Position numbers and translations under genes: made by a program
Part shown: piece by piece, positions 28,469-38,000 of the stretch
Layout: each line of letters starts with the position of its first letter
Numbering within the stretch: position 1 is the stretch's first letter
Origin: an uncultured Methanosarcinales archaeon
Lineage (GTDB): Archaea > Nanobdellota > Nanobdellia > Woesearchaeales > JABMPP01
Assembly (NCBI GenBank): GCA_964604995.1
Contig: CAZSAD010000008.1
Span: 1 to 55,356, forward strand
DNA: 55,356 bases
Reading direction: 5' to 3'
The notes under the pieces: model-generated
Databases searched by the model: none
Told to the model about the DNA's origin: nothing
What the model saw: only the letters and a program-made list of their open reading frames with translations

Positions 28469-29810
28469 ACCCTCTTACCTTTTCCATATGTTCAATTCTT
28501 TTTCTTAAAAGTTTTTTTGTCCCAATATCTTTTCTATAAAACGCAGGGCCCACTAATTTAGAAATTGCATCTTCAGCAATTTTTTCAGCTTTTTCAATTG
28601 TATTATCTATTCCAACAAATGCAACTGCTCTTGAACCAAGCATGGTTAAATTTTCATTTTTAGAGTCTGATTTTGCCTCTTCAACTGATGCATAATAAAT
28701 TTTGAGTCCATGCATCTTCAAAAGATTTTTATCAAACGAAATAATTTTTCCTTTTTCAGGATTATTAGGGTAACCGTTTGGCACAGCGTATTTGCATACA
28801 GTTGCTTTTTTTTCAAATAAAATTTCAATTTCATTTAATTTTTGTTCAATGATTGCAATGCACACTTCTACAAAATCAGTTATCATTATGGGTAAAACAT
28901 TCATTGTTTCAGGATCTCCAAACCGAGCATTGTATTCTATTAATTTTACTCCTTCTCTTGTGACCATAAATCCACCATACATTATTCCTTTGTAATATTC
29001 TGCGGTTTCTTTATAGATAGCATTTGCTACTTTTTTTGTAATTTCAATTGCTTCTTTAATATGTTCTTCATGTAAAAATGATAAGTAGTGATTAGCATCA
29101 CTATAACTTCCCATACCACCAGTATTTGGCCCAAGGTCATTAGCAAAAGCTCTTTTGTGATCTTGCGCTGCGGGAGTTGGAATAACAGTTATACCATCTG
29201 TAAAACATTGCAAACTAAATTCTTCACCATCTAATTTTTCTTCTATCACTAATGGTCCATGCTGCAAAATTTCTTTGCAATAATCAATTGCATCTTGTTT
29301 GTCTTTTAGATGGTCTCCTTGAACTTTAACTCCTTTGCCACCAGTTAATCCATCTGGCTTTATTACAAATTCTTTTTCTTGCTCAGAAAGTATATCTAAA
29401 AATTCATCTATTCCATCAATGGAATCAAAAACATGAAATTTTGGAAGACCGGGTATATTATATTTTTGCATTAAATTTCTTGTAAATGATTTACTTGTTT
29501 CTAGCTGAGCCAATTTTTTTGTTGGGCCAATTGATGAAATTCCTTTTTGAGATAAGAAATCTACAACTCCTTCAAACAAAGGTGTTTCCGGTCCAACAAC
29601 ACAAAATTTAGGTTTTATTTTATCAACAAACAATTCTAATGCTGAAAAATCATTATACTTTGCAATAATATATTCTTCACATAATTGTATTATGCCTGGA
29701 TTTTTCCAAGCCATTATAGAATATAATCTAACTTTTGTTGGGCTTTTAACTATTGCTTGTGCTATTGCATGCTCTCTTGCACCACATCCAATTAAAAGTA
29801 TATTTGTCAT
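28452..29810 (-). CDS. purD: phosphoribosylamine--glycine ligase
   Basis: GCGAREHA, GGKGV, QDHKR, GPNTGGMG and EYNARFGDPE. Confidence 0.97.
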   Translation of the reverse strand: MTNILLIGCGAREHAIAQAIVKSPTKVRLYSIMAWKNPGIIQLCEEYIIAKYNDFSALELFVDKIKPKFCVVGPETPLFEGVVDFLSQKGISSIGPTKKLAQLETSKSFTRNLMQKYNIPGLPKFHVFDSIDGIDEFLDILSEQEKEFVIKPDGLTGGKGVKVQGDHLKDKQDAIDYCKEILQHGPLVIEEKLDGEEFSLQCFTDGITVIPTPAAQDHKRAFANDLGPNTGGMGSYSDANHYLSFLHEEHIKEAIEITKKVANAIYKETAEYYKGIMYGGFMVTREGVKLIEYNARFGDPETMNVLPIMITDFVEVCIAIIEQKLNEIEILFEKKATVCKYAVPNGYPNNPEKGKIISFDKNLLKMHGLKIYYASVEEAKSDSKNENLTMLGSRAVAFVGIDNTIEKAEKIAEDAISKLVGPAFYRKDIGTKKLLRKRIEHMEKVRGYGQEN

Positions 29811-29841
29811 TTTATATCAGAGTTTCTTCTTATTTAAAAGG

Positions 29842-30210
29842 TTATTCATCAGTTTTAATTGTGTCTAAAGAACTAACTTTTTTTTCATTTGCTTCAAATA
29901 ACCAAGTATCTTTTATGGCAAGAAATGAATGGAAGGTATGTGGCCAAATTTGAATGCGACTTGGTTTTTTTACTAATATTATCTTTTTGTTTTTCCCATT
30001 AGGATTTGAGAAAATAATTCTTACTTTACCAGATATCAAAAATAAATTTTCAGGATTTTTGCTTTTGCCAAGATGATAATGATCTCCCCTGGTATATCCT
30101 TTTTTAATTGACAAAAATAAGAAATTCTTTTTTTTAGATAAATTAAATTCAAAAACATTTCCTCTTTTTTCATTTTTAATTAATTTTAAAGGAGTTATTT
30201 TAAATTTCAT
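29842..30210 (-). CDS. cupin (WxcM/FdtA-like sugar isomerase fold), paralogue 2
   Basis: RGDHYH, E.LFLISG and IWPHTFH cupin motifs. Confidence 0.75.
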   Translation of the reverse strand: MKFKITPLKLIKNEKRGNVFEFNLSKKKNFLFLSIKKGYTRGDHYHLGKSKNPENLFLISGKVRIIFSNPNGKNKKIILVKKPSRIQIWPHTFHSFLAIKDTWLFEANEKKVSSLDTIKTDE

Positions 30211-30230
30211 TGTTTTATCTCTTTATCTAC

Positions 30231-30632
30231 TTATTTCTTGTTTTTACCCTTTCCATTTTTATCATAAGGCCAAATCACATCTTTAGCAACAAAATCTTCA
30301 TTGTTTGGTTCAAAAAGAATATAATCTGTCAAGGCGTGAAGTTCATGGTACACTTTTGGCCAAATTCTTATCCATGAGGGGTCTGAAACAATTACTATCT
30401 CTTCTTTTCCAGTTTTCATATCCTTAAAAAAAAATTTAATTTTTCCACTCACTAGAAAAAGATTCTCTGGATTTTTTGACTTAGATTTTCCAAGATGATA
30501 ATGTGCTGCTCTTAACTTCCCTTTTTTGGTGAAGAAAAACAGAAAGTGTTTTTTATCTTTTAGAAAGAAATCAAAAACTTTTCCTCTTTTATCTTTTTGC
30601 CTTAAGTTTAATGGAACAATCTTATATTTCAT
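30231..30632 (-). CDS. cupin (WxcM/FdtA-like sugar isomerase fold), paralogue 1
   Basis: DKRG, RAAHYH, E.LFLVSG and IWPKVYHELHALTD. Confidence 0.75.
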   Translation of the reverse strand: MKYKIVPLNLRQKDKRGKVFDFFLKDKKHFLFFFTKKGKLRAAHYHLGKSKSKNPENLFLVSGKIKFFFKDMKTGKEEIVIVSDPSWIRIWPKVYHELHALTDYILFEPNNEDFVAKDVIWPYDKNGKGKNKK

Positions 30633-30639
30633 TTTATCA

Positions 30640-31206
30640 TCACTTTATCATTTTTCTTACAATCTTTACAATTTTCTTTTTTGTTTGTGGAATTGTATCT
30701 TTACTAGTGTCATAAATAATATCATACTTTTTTTTGTCATTCACATCTACCCTATAATATTTCATGTAACGTTTCTGTTCTGATTTTTTTCTTGAATTAA
30801 GGTAATTTAATGCTTGTTTATATGTGTGATATTTTTCATAATTTCTTTTTTGAGAGAAAACTCTTTTTGCAGCTATTTTTGGTTTACATGTTACTAAAAT
30901 TTTAATGGAATTTGGAATAAAATGAAATCCTAATCTGCTATCGATAACTGCCCTAGTTGCTCTTTTACCGAGCTTAATTTGCTTTTCATCAACTTCTTTA
31001 TCAATATTTTTATTGGTTTCACCAAGTTTGTTTATTTCTGTTACACTAATTTTTCTAGCATTAGCCATTTTTCGCATAATCCCACCTATTGTGTGGTAGT
31101 TTAAGTGAAACTCTTTGCACAAAGATTTGGCTATTGTTGTTTTTCCTGAACCTGGCATTCCTGCAATTGTAATAACTATCTTTTTAACTAATATTTTCTT
31201 GGTCAT
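30640..31206 (-). CDS. cmk: cytidylate kinase, archaeal type
   Basis: ITIAGMPGSGKTT, DSRLGFHF and RYMKYY..YDIIYDT. Confidence 0.88.
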   Translation of the reverse strand: MTKKILVKKIVITIAGMPGSGKTTIAKSLCKEFHLNYHTIGGIMRKMANARKISVTEINKLGETNKNIDKEVDEKQIKLGKRATRAVIDSRLGFHFIPNSIKILVTCKPKIAAKRVFSQKRNYEKYHTYKQALNYLNSRKKSEQKRYMKYYRVDVNDKKKYDIIYDTSKDTIPQTKKKIVKIVRKMIK

Positions 31207-31413
31207 GATCTTTATTTGGGTTTGCCATTATATAAATTTTTATAAATTTTTTGAAGTAACTTAAATAATTTTCATTTACATATTGCTTACTCATTTTTGT
31301 GTACTTACTATTTTTTCGCAAAGCTTTTTATACCTTAAATACAAAAGATTCAATTTAAGAGGGACTGATAAAACAGTAAAGCATTTATCAACTCTTATTT
31401 CAGAGAAGAAAAG

Positions 31414-31713
31414 ATGACAAGCGACAACTCCATTTTTATTGGCGGTAAGCCTTTTATGAATTATGTAACTGGTGTTGTAATGCAGTTTACAACTAAAAAT
31501 GCTCCTGAAGTAATAATTAAAGCAAGGGGAAAATTTATTAGTCGGGCAGTTGATGTTGTTGAAGTCGCATCAAAAAGGTTTCTAACATCACAAGTCGAAT
31601 TAAAAGAAATAATAATTAATAGTGAAGAATTTCAAAATAAAGAAGGAAAAAATGTTAGAGTTTCAACAATTGAAATTGTTCTGAAGAAAAAAGAAATGGA
31701 ACCATCTGTTTAA
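31414..31713 (+). CDS. albA: DNA/RNA-binding protein Alba
   Basis: IFIGGKPFMNYV, KARGKFISRAVDV and VSTIEI. Confidence 0.96.
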   Translation: MTSDNSIFIGGKPFMNYVTGVVMQFTTKNAPEVIIKARGKFISRAVDVVEVASKRFLTSQVELKEIIINSEEFQNKEGKNVRVSTIEIVLKKKEMEPSV

Positions 31714-31761
31714 TTTACATTATTTATTTAATTGATTATTTAAAATATCAGTTATTTCTAT

Positions 31762-31983
31762 TTATTTCTTTACTGCAAGTTTAATATCTTTTTCGTGAAT
31801 TGTTTTTCTTCCAGCATGTTTTGCAATCTCTATTGCACGATTGCCGATATCTGTTGCTTTTTCCTCTAGAATATCTGCTAAAGCTTCAATTGCATTCGCA
31901 CTTGCTCTTTTAGCACCAGCTGAAATAAGTATTCTTCCAACTGGGGCAGCAGGTATTATTCTATTTGGTTTTGTTCTTGGCAT
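31762..31983 (-). CDS. archaeal histone (HMf family)
   Basis: IPAAPVGRIL, GAKRAS and AKHAGRKTI..DIKLA. Confidence 0.95.
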   Translation of the reverse strand: MPRTKPNRIIPAAPVGRILISAGAKRASANAIEALADILEEKATDIGNRAIEIAKHAGRKTIHEKDIKLAVKK

Positions 31984-32155
31984 AATTAATCTAATCAATC
32001 TTTATACTAAATAACATATAAATGTTTCTAAAAGGATATCTTTTTGAATTTAAATTAACTGTTAAAACTATAATTCGCTAAAAAACTATGATTTGTTACC
32101 ATTATTCAATGGCAAAAATGTTAAGCTTTTTAAAACCCTGCTCTTTTACAGGGTT

Positions 32156-33055
32156 ATGGCTAAAATTGCAGGATTTAATAATGGGGAATCAAAGATTAAC
32201 CTAATTTATGTACCTCAAATGAATGTAGCAGTAGATTATTTTAAAAATTCTAATTTTTACAATGGTGAAAATATTATTCCTTTAGAAGATTACTTAAAAA
32301 ATGAGATTTCTGGAAGAACAATAATACTTGGAAGAGAAGGTACTTATCATCATGAAAGTTTAGATTATATTGAGTTACTTAAACAAAAAGGACTAGTTTC
32401 AGATAGGGAAAAAACATCTTTAGTTTTATTTGACAATCACACGGATTTAAAATTAGAACCTTCAAATTCACCATTAAACCAAAAAAACATCGGTAAGTTT
32501 ATTTCAAAAATTTATTGTGGTAATTGGGTAGGGTTTGCATTGTATCTAAAAAAACAATATGGTAATGCAGTTATAATCGGTCCAGATCCAATTATAATGT
32601 CGGAACTTCTACCAAAATTTTCAAATATTGCAGCATTGGATAAAACAGAAATTTATGTGGGCACTCCAAATAGTCCCGTTGACTGGTCTTATTTTAAAAA
32701 ATACAAATCTCTTTTAAAAAACAATAAATCAGTTGAAAATTTTGAAGAGTATTATGAAGGAGTGCATATAATTTTCAAGGATTACAAAAATACTAATTTT
32801 AACTCTCTTAAAAAAAATGCAGTTATTGATATAGACTTAGATGTTTTACCAATGGATGAATTAAAGGCTAGTGGTCAATTTTTCCAAGGCATTATTACGA
32901 CTGAAGAATTAGTTAAATTAATGGGGGATGTACCTAAAAATATTGAAGCTGTTTTGATTTGTGGATTAACAGAAAATCAAAAAGAAATAAATGATACTAG
33001 TTTAGATAATCTATCTAAAATAATAAATCAAAGTTCAAAAGTAATATCTAAATAA
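32156..33055 (+). CDS. divergent arginase/deacetylase-fold protein
   Basis: GTYHH, LVLFDNHTD, CGNWV and IDIDLDVL. Confidence 0.65.
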   Translation: MAKIAGFNNGESKINLIYVPQMNVAVDYFKNSNFYNGENIIPLEDYLKNEISGRTIILGREGTYHHESLDYIELLKQKGLVSDREKTSLVLFDNHTDLKLEPSNSPLNQKNIGKFISKIYCGNWVGFALYLKKQYGNAVIIGPDPIIMSELLPKFSNIAALDKTEIYVGTPNSPVDWSYFKKYKSLLKNNKSVENFEEYYEGVHIIFKDYKNTNFNSLKKNAVIDIDLDVLPMDELKASGQFFQGIITTEELVKLMGDVPKNIEAVLICGLTENQKEINDTSLDNLSKIINQSSKVISK

Positions 33056-33151
33056 AAATGATATCTAAATAAAAGGAATATTTAGCTCTATCTAATTTAT
33101 TGGATAATTTCCTAAAATCTTTTTCAAAAGAAAATCAATTTTATTTGAAAA

Positions 33152-34441
33152 TTATTCTTTTATAGAATTAATTTCATGTATTATTTCATTAACAGAAAGC
33201 AGTTTTTCTTCTCCGGTTTTCATATCTTTGAGTTTGAATTTATTTGCTTCCAATTCAGTTTCACCAATAAAAATTACATGGGGGATTTTTTGAACATTTG
33301 CATAATCTAAATTTTTTGATGGGCCTTTGCCTTGCATATCAATATCTACTTTGATTCCTACTTTTCTTAATTTTCTTGCAACATCTAAACTTTGTTTGTA
33401 AGTTTTAATTGGAATAATATAGATTTGTGTGACGCTTTTTTTCTGTTCTTCTTTTCTACTTAAAATATCCATTATCCTGTCAACACCAAAACTTATTCCA
33501 ATTGCAGGATATTCTTTTTCTTGATTTAAAAGATTGCCAATCATTTTATCATATCTTCCGCCACCACAAACTGAACTTTTTATTATACTTTCATTTGGCA
33601 CAGCTTCAAAAACTGTTCCAGTATAATATGACAATCCTCTTGCAAGTGTCAAATCAAAAATAACATTTTCATATTCAACATAAGACAATAATTCTTCCAT
33701 CTCTTTTAATCCTTCTTGTGCATCTATTCCAGTTAATTTCATTTTCAAAGAAATCAATTTTTGTTCATTTTTTCCAGTAATTGAAATAATGGAAACTAAT
33801 TTTTCAATTTGTTCATCACTTATTTTTGCATTGTCTATTAATTCTTTTCTAACTCCATCTATACCAACTTTATCTAACTTATCCAAAGATAATATTGAAA
33901 CTTCATGTTTATTTTTTTCAATTCCAGCATAGTCCATAATTGCATTTAATATTTTCCTGCTGTTCACTTTTATTGTAACATCAATTGTTAATTTTTCGAA
34001 GACAACTTTTGCTATTTCAACCATTTCAGCATCAATTGCCATTGTCTTTAGGCCAATTACATCAATATCTGCTTGTAAGAATTCTCTGTATCTACCTAAA
34101 TTTACCGGACCATCACGCCAAACTTTTTCTATTTGGTATCTTTTGAATGGCATTTTCAAAGTTGGATTTTGTCCAATTACTCTTGCAAATGGAACAGTTA
34201 AATCATATCTTAATCCAAGGTCACGATTGCCTTGGTCTTTTAACTTAAATGTCTCTTTTAAAATTTCTGCTCCTCCAGTATATTTTGATGATAAAACTTC
34301 AAATCTTTCAAGTGCAGGAGTTTCAATTGGTGAATATCCAAAAAGTTCAAAGACTTCTTTTAGGTTACTAATTATTTTTTCTCTTAGTATTTTATCTTCT
34401 GGAAGAAAATCCCTTGTTCCTTTTGCATTTTCTAGTTTCAT
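33152..34441 (-). CDS. hisS: histidyl-tRNA synthetase
   Basis: KGTRDF, LRYDLTVP, GRYREF, RGLSYYTG and GGGRYD. Confidence 0.98.
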   Translation of the reverse strand: MKLENAKGTRDFLPEDKILREKIISNLKEVFELFGYSPIETPALERFEVLSSKYTGGAEILKETFKLKDQGNRDLGLRYDLTVPFARVIGQNPTLKMPFKRYQIEKVWRDGPVNLGRYREFLQADIDVIGLKTMAIDAEMVEIAKVVFEKLTIDVTIKVNSRKILNAIMDYAGIEKNKHEVSILSLDKLDKVGIDGVRKELIDNAKISDEQIEKLVSIISITGKNEQKLISLKMKLTGIDAQEGLKEMEELLSYVEYENVIFDLTLARGLSYYTGTVFEAVPNESIIKSSVCGGGRYDKMIGNLLNQEKEYPAIGISFGVDRIMDILSRKEEQKKSVTQIYIIPIKTYKQSLDVARKLRKVGIKVDIDMQGKGPSKNLDYANVQKIPHVIFIGETELEANKFKLKDMKTGEEKLLSVNEIIHEINSIKE

Positions 34442-34654
34442 ATCAATTCATTTTGTTTACTTCATTTAAATAGTTTATTCTATAAATCAATATAAATCTA
34501 CAAATGAGTACCTAACGGAATTTATTTTATAATTTTTTTAAAGTTACCCATCTTTAAGTAACAAATCAAAAACGCGAAAGCTTTAAATATTATGTTACTT
34601 CAATTCATCTATCAATTCATATTAATATGTTTTAGAAAGTATCAAGGGGTCATA

Positions 34655-34870
34655 ATGGTGGAATTAGAAGATGCAATAACTAATGAAGATTCAGAAAAAA
34701 AACTAAAACTTAGTTTAATGAGTAAAAAAGATTTGGAAAATGCTGATTATAATAGTGAAGAATACAAACTTTTTACTTTTAATTTTCTTGGTGAACCTAA
34801 AATAAAAAATAGGGACGAATTTAAAATAATAAAATCTATCTCAGAATCAGATAGTAATTTGCAAGGATAA
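34655..34870 (+). CDS. small hypothetical protein
   Basis: AGGGGT SD before the ATG; upstream BRE/TATA (GAAAGCTTTAAAT). Confidence 0.45.
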   Translation: MVELEDAITNEDSEKKLKLSLMSKKDLENADYNSEEYKLFTFNFLGEPKIKNRDEFKIIKSISESDSNLQG

Positions 34871-35037
34871 TTCAATTTTAATATTTTAAATATCATTTTT
34901 TATTATTTTTCTATTATCCTTTTATTATATTTTTATATCATTGTCTTTTTATTTTAATAAAGGGATTCTGGTATTTTTATAGCAATTTTACAGTAAAGTT
35001 TTTATACCCTGTTTATCATGTAAATGCAAATAGTAGA

Positions 35038-38000
35038 ATGGTGGGTTTTTTGGGAATAAAAAGAGGAGCTAGTTTGAATATAATTAAATTAGTTGTATTA
35101 ATGTTCTTTTTTACAATTTTATCTCTTATAACTTTAAAAATTAGTTTAGCAGGACCTTTATCAACTTGCACCGCATGCAATGGCGTTGAAATTTGTGCAA
35201 GTTATGATCTTTGTTGTGGGGTTTTAGATGGATATTGTCCAGAACAATATGGTGATTGGCAAACTGCTGGATGCAGTGCACCCACAACTTATTCATTAAC
35301 ACAATTTGCATGCGATACTGAGGATGAAGATTGCTGTGCTTCCCCTGCTGCTTGGGAAGCTGGAGGTTGGGCGGGAATTAGTACACGAGACCCTTATTCT
35401 TTTGGTGCAACAACAAATAGTTGTTGTGGTAATGAACCAAATGAAAATATTATTTCTTGTAAAGTTAACGCACTTGATTATGCATCTGGGTGCAGTCCAT
35501 GCACAGATACTCAATGCAATGTGATAGCTAATCAAGGTTGTTGTTATAATTCTAATGATTGCTTTGATCCTTATACTAATTCTTGTTATAATAATGGTTA
35601 TTCTGGCCAGATTGGAGAACTAGGTTATTATGCAGTTTGCAATGCTGGAACCTGGAATAAAGGAACATCTGGATACAATTGTACAAATGCAACTAATGAT
35701 TGCAAATCTAGTTTATATTGTGTAGATTATGATTACAATGGCACGATTTTACCACCTAAAGATTTAGGAATTTGTGGTAGTTGTGATGGAACAGCAAGTA
35801 TTCCTAATTCCAATAAAAAAAATCTTGATGTCTGTGGTGCAATTGCATCTGATGGAAGTGTCTGGGGAATTTGCAATGGCATGGGACAAACATATCCTTG
35901 TTTTGACCAATCAAACACAGATGGTGATGGTTATTGCATTAAAAATAATGCATTGAGTGATATTACTCAATACAATCCAATTGGTGCAGGTCTTATGACT
36001 GTTTTTGGTGACCAAGGTAGAAATTATATAAGATGTGCGGGGGATAGAGTTTGCAATGGAACAACTAATATGGACTGGACACAGTCAACTAATCCTAATT
36101 TTAAAACTGATATTGGGAACGGAAGTTGTGTTCAGATAAATACTAACCCAGTTGTTACAACTTTAGTAGATTCAGATGATATTACTTCTGGAAAAATCTC
36201 ATTATATGACAGTTTGAAAATTATTTTGACAGCAGATTATAAAGTAGATCCACTATATTCTAAACTTCCTAATTGGTTATTCTTATTCGGATGCTGGCTT
36301 AACACCACTAAAACTGGTTCAATAGGTTGCTCTCAATCTTCTATTAATAATCCTAATAATGTTTATTTATTTTCTGGGGCAGTAGATATAATAAATAATA
36401 AACAAGCTCTAGTAAATTATTATTTTGAACCTAATTGTAGTTTTTCTTATCTTGGTGCATATTCTATAAATTATAGTAGGGTTTATACTGGTTGGCTTGT
36501 ACAAAATAATTGGATGACAAGTGAAACTTTTTTATCTTCTCAATTTAAAGTTGTACAATGTGAAGATAATACTGATGCACAAGCAATTGCAAATTCCATA
36601 TCCTCAGGAGTATGCGCTCCAGGACTTGGATGTTCTCAATCATATTGTAATTTAAGTGAAGAATATACAGCTTGTCCAACTGATTTAGATGATACTATCC
36701 AGTGCAATGGTGCAAGTGCTCCAAACTGTTGTTCTCACTACGGATTCGATTGGCTATCTGGAGAAACTAATATATGCTGCGGTGATGATCCTAAAGAATC
36801 TGCTAATTCATGTCATTATAATATCACAGTTTATCCACTAAATTCATGCAATCCTTGCACAGATGAAAATTGTGTTGTAATAAATACAAAATCTTGTTGC
36901 ACTAATCCAACAGATTGTGTGGATCCTATTTGGGAGGTATGTTATGAAACAGGATATAATGGTGTAGTTGGTGCAAATAATCAATTTGCAGTTTGCAATG
37001 ATGGCAATTGGACTAAAGGTCAATCTGGAAGTTTATGTGTAGATCCACTTATTGATTGTGATACAGGATATTATTGTGTTGATCAAGATTACAATGGAAT
37101 AATTTCTATTGCAAATCCAGGCATTTGCGCTAAATGCGATGGAACTGCAGATGATGTATCTACTAGTAAATATAATTTAGATGTTTGCGGCGCAATTGCT
37201 TATGATGGAAATGTTTATGGCATTTGCTCAGGTGGCAGTCAATTTTATCAATGCTTTGACCAATCAGATATTGATGGTGATGGTTATTGCATTAAAAATA
37301 ATGCATTAAATGATATAAGTTCAGGCTCATTAAATGAAGGTGGATTAATGAATACTTCTTCTGACAGGGGAAGAAATTATATCAGATGCTTAGGTAATAG
37401 AGTTTGCAATGGCACAACTTCGATGGATTGGACAAGACCAAACAATAATCCTAGTTACAATAAAAATATTGGAAATGGAAGTTGCACACAAGTAGATACT
37501 CAAAACACCGCAGCACAAATTCAAGATTTAAATGATACTTCACCGCAAATAGTTTCTATAAATCATATTTTAAGTATAAATTTAACAACAATTTATTCAC
37601 AAGATTTATCATTTTTTAGCTCTCCAAATTGGACATTTTTATTTGGATGCTGGTTAAACAATTCACAAACAGGTTCCGATGCATGTGCGCAATCATCTTA
37701 TTTTGGAAATAGGGATACTTATTATTGGTCATTTAATAAAAATATTACCAACAATCAAAAAGCATTTGCTACTTATTATTTTGAACCGGACTGCAATAGC
37801 AGTTATGTTGGGGCATATAATATTAGTTTTGTAAAAACTTACACCGGTTGGCTTACACAAAATAATTGGATGACAACTTCTTTGATGCCAACTGATATAT
37901 TTAGTGTTGTGCAATGTGAAAACGATACTGATGCACAATCAGTTGCTAATTATAATAATGGCACACAATGTTCACCTGATGGAGTATGCGCTTTATCGTA

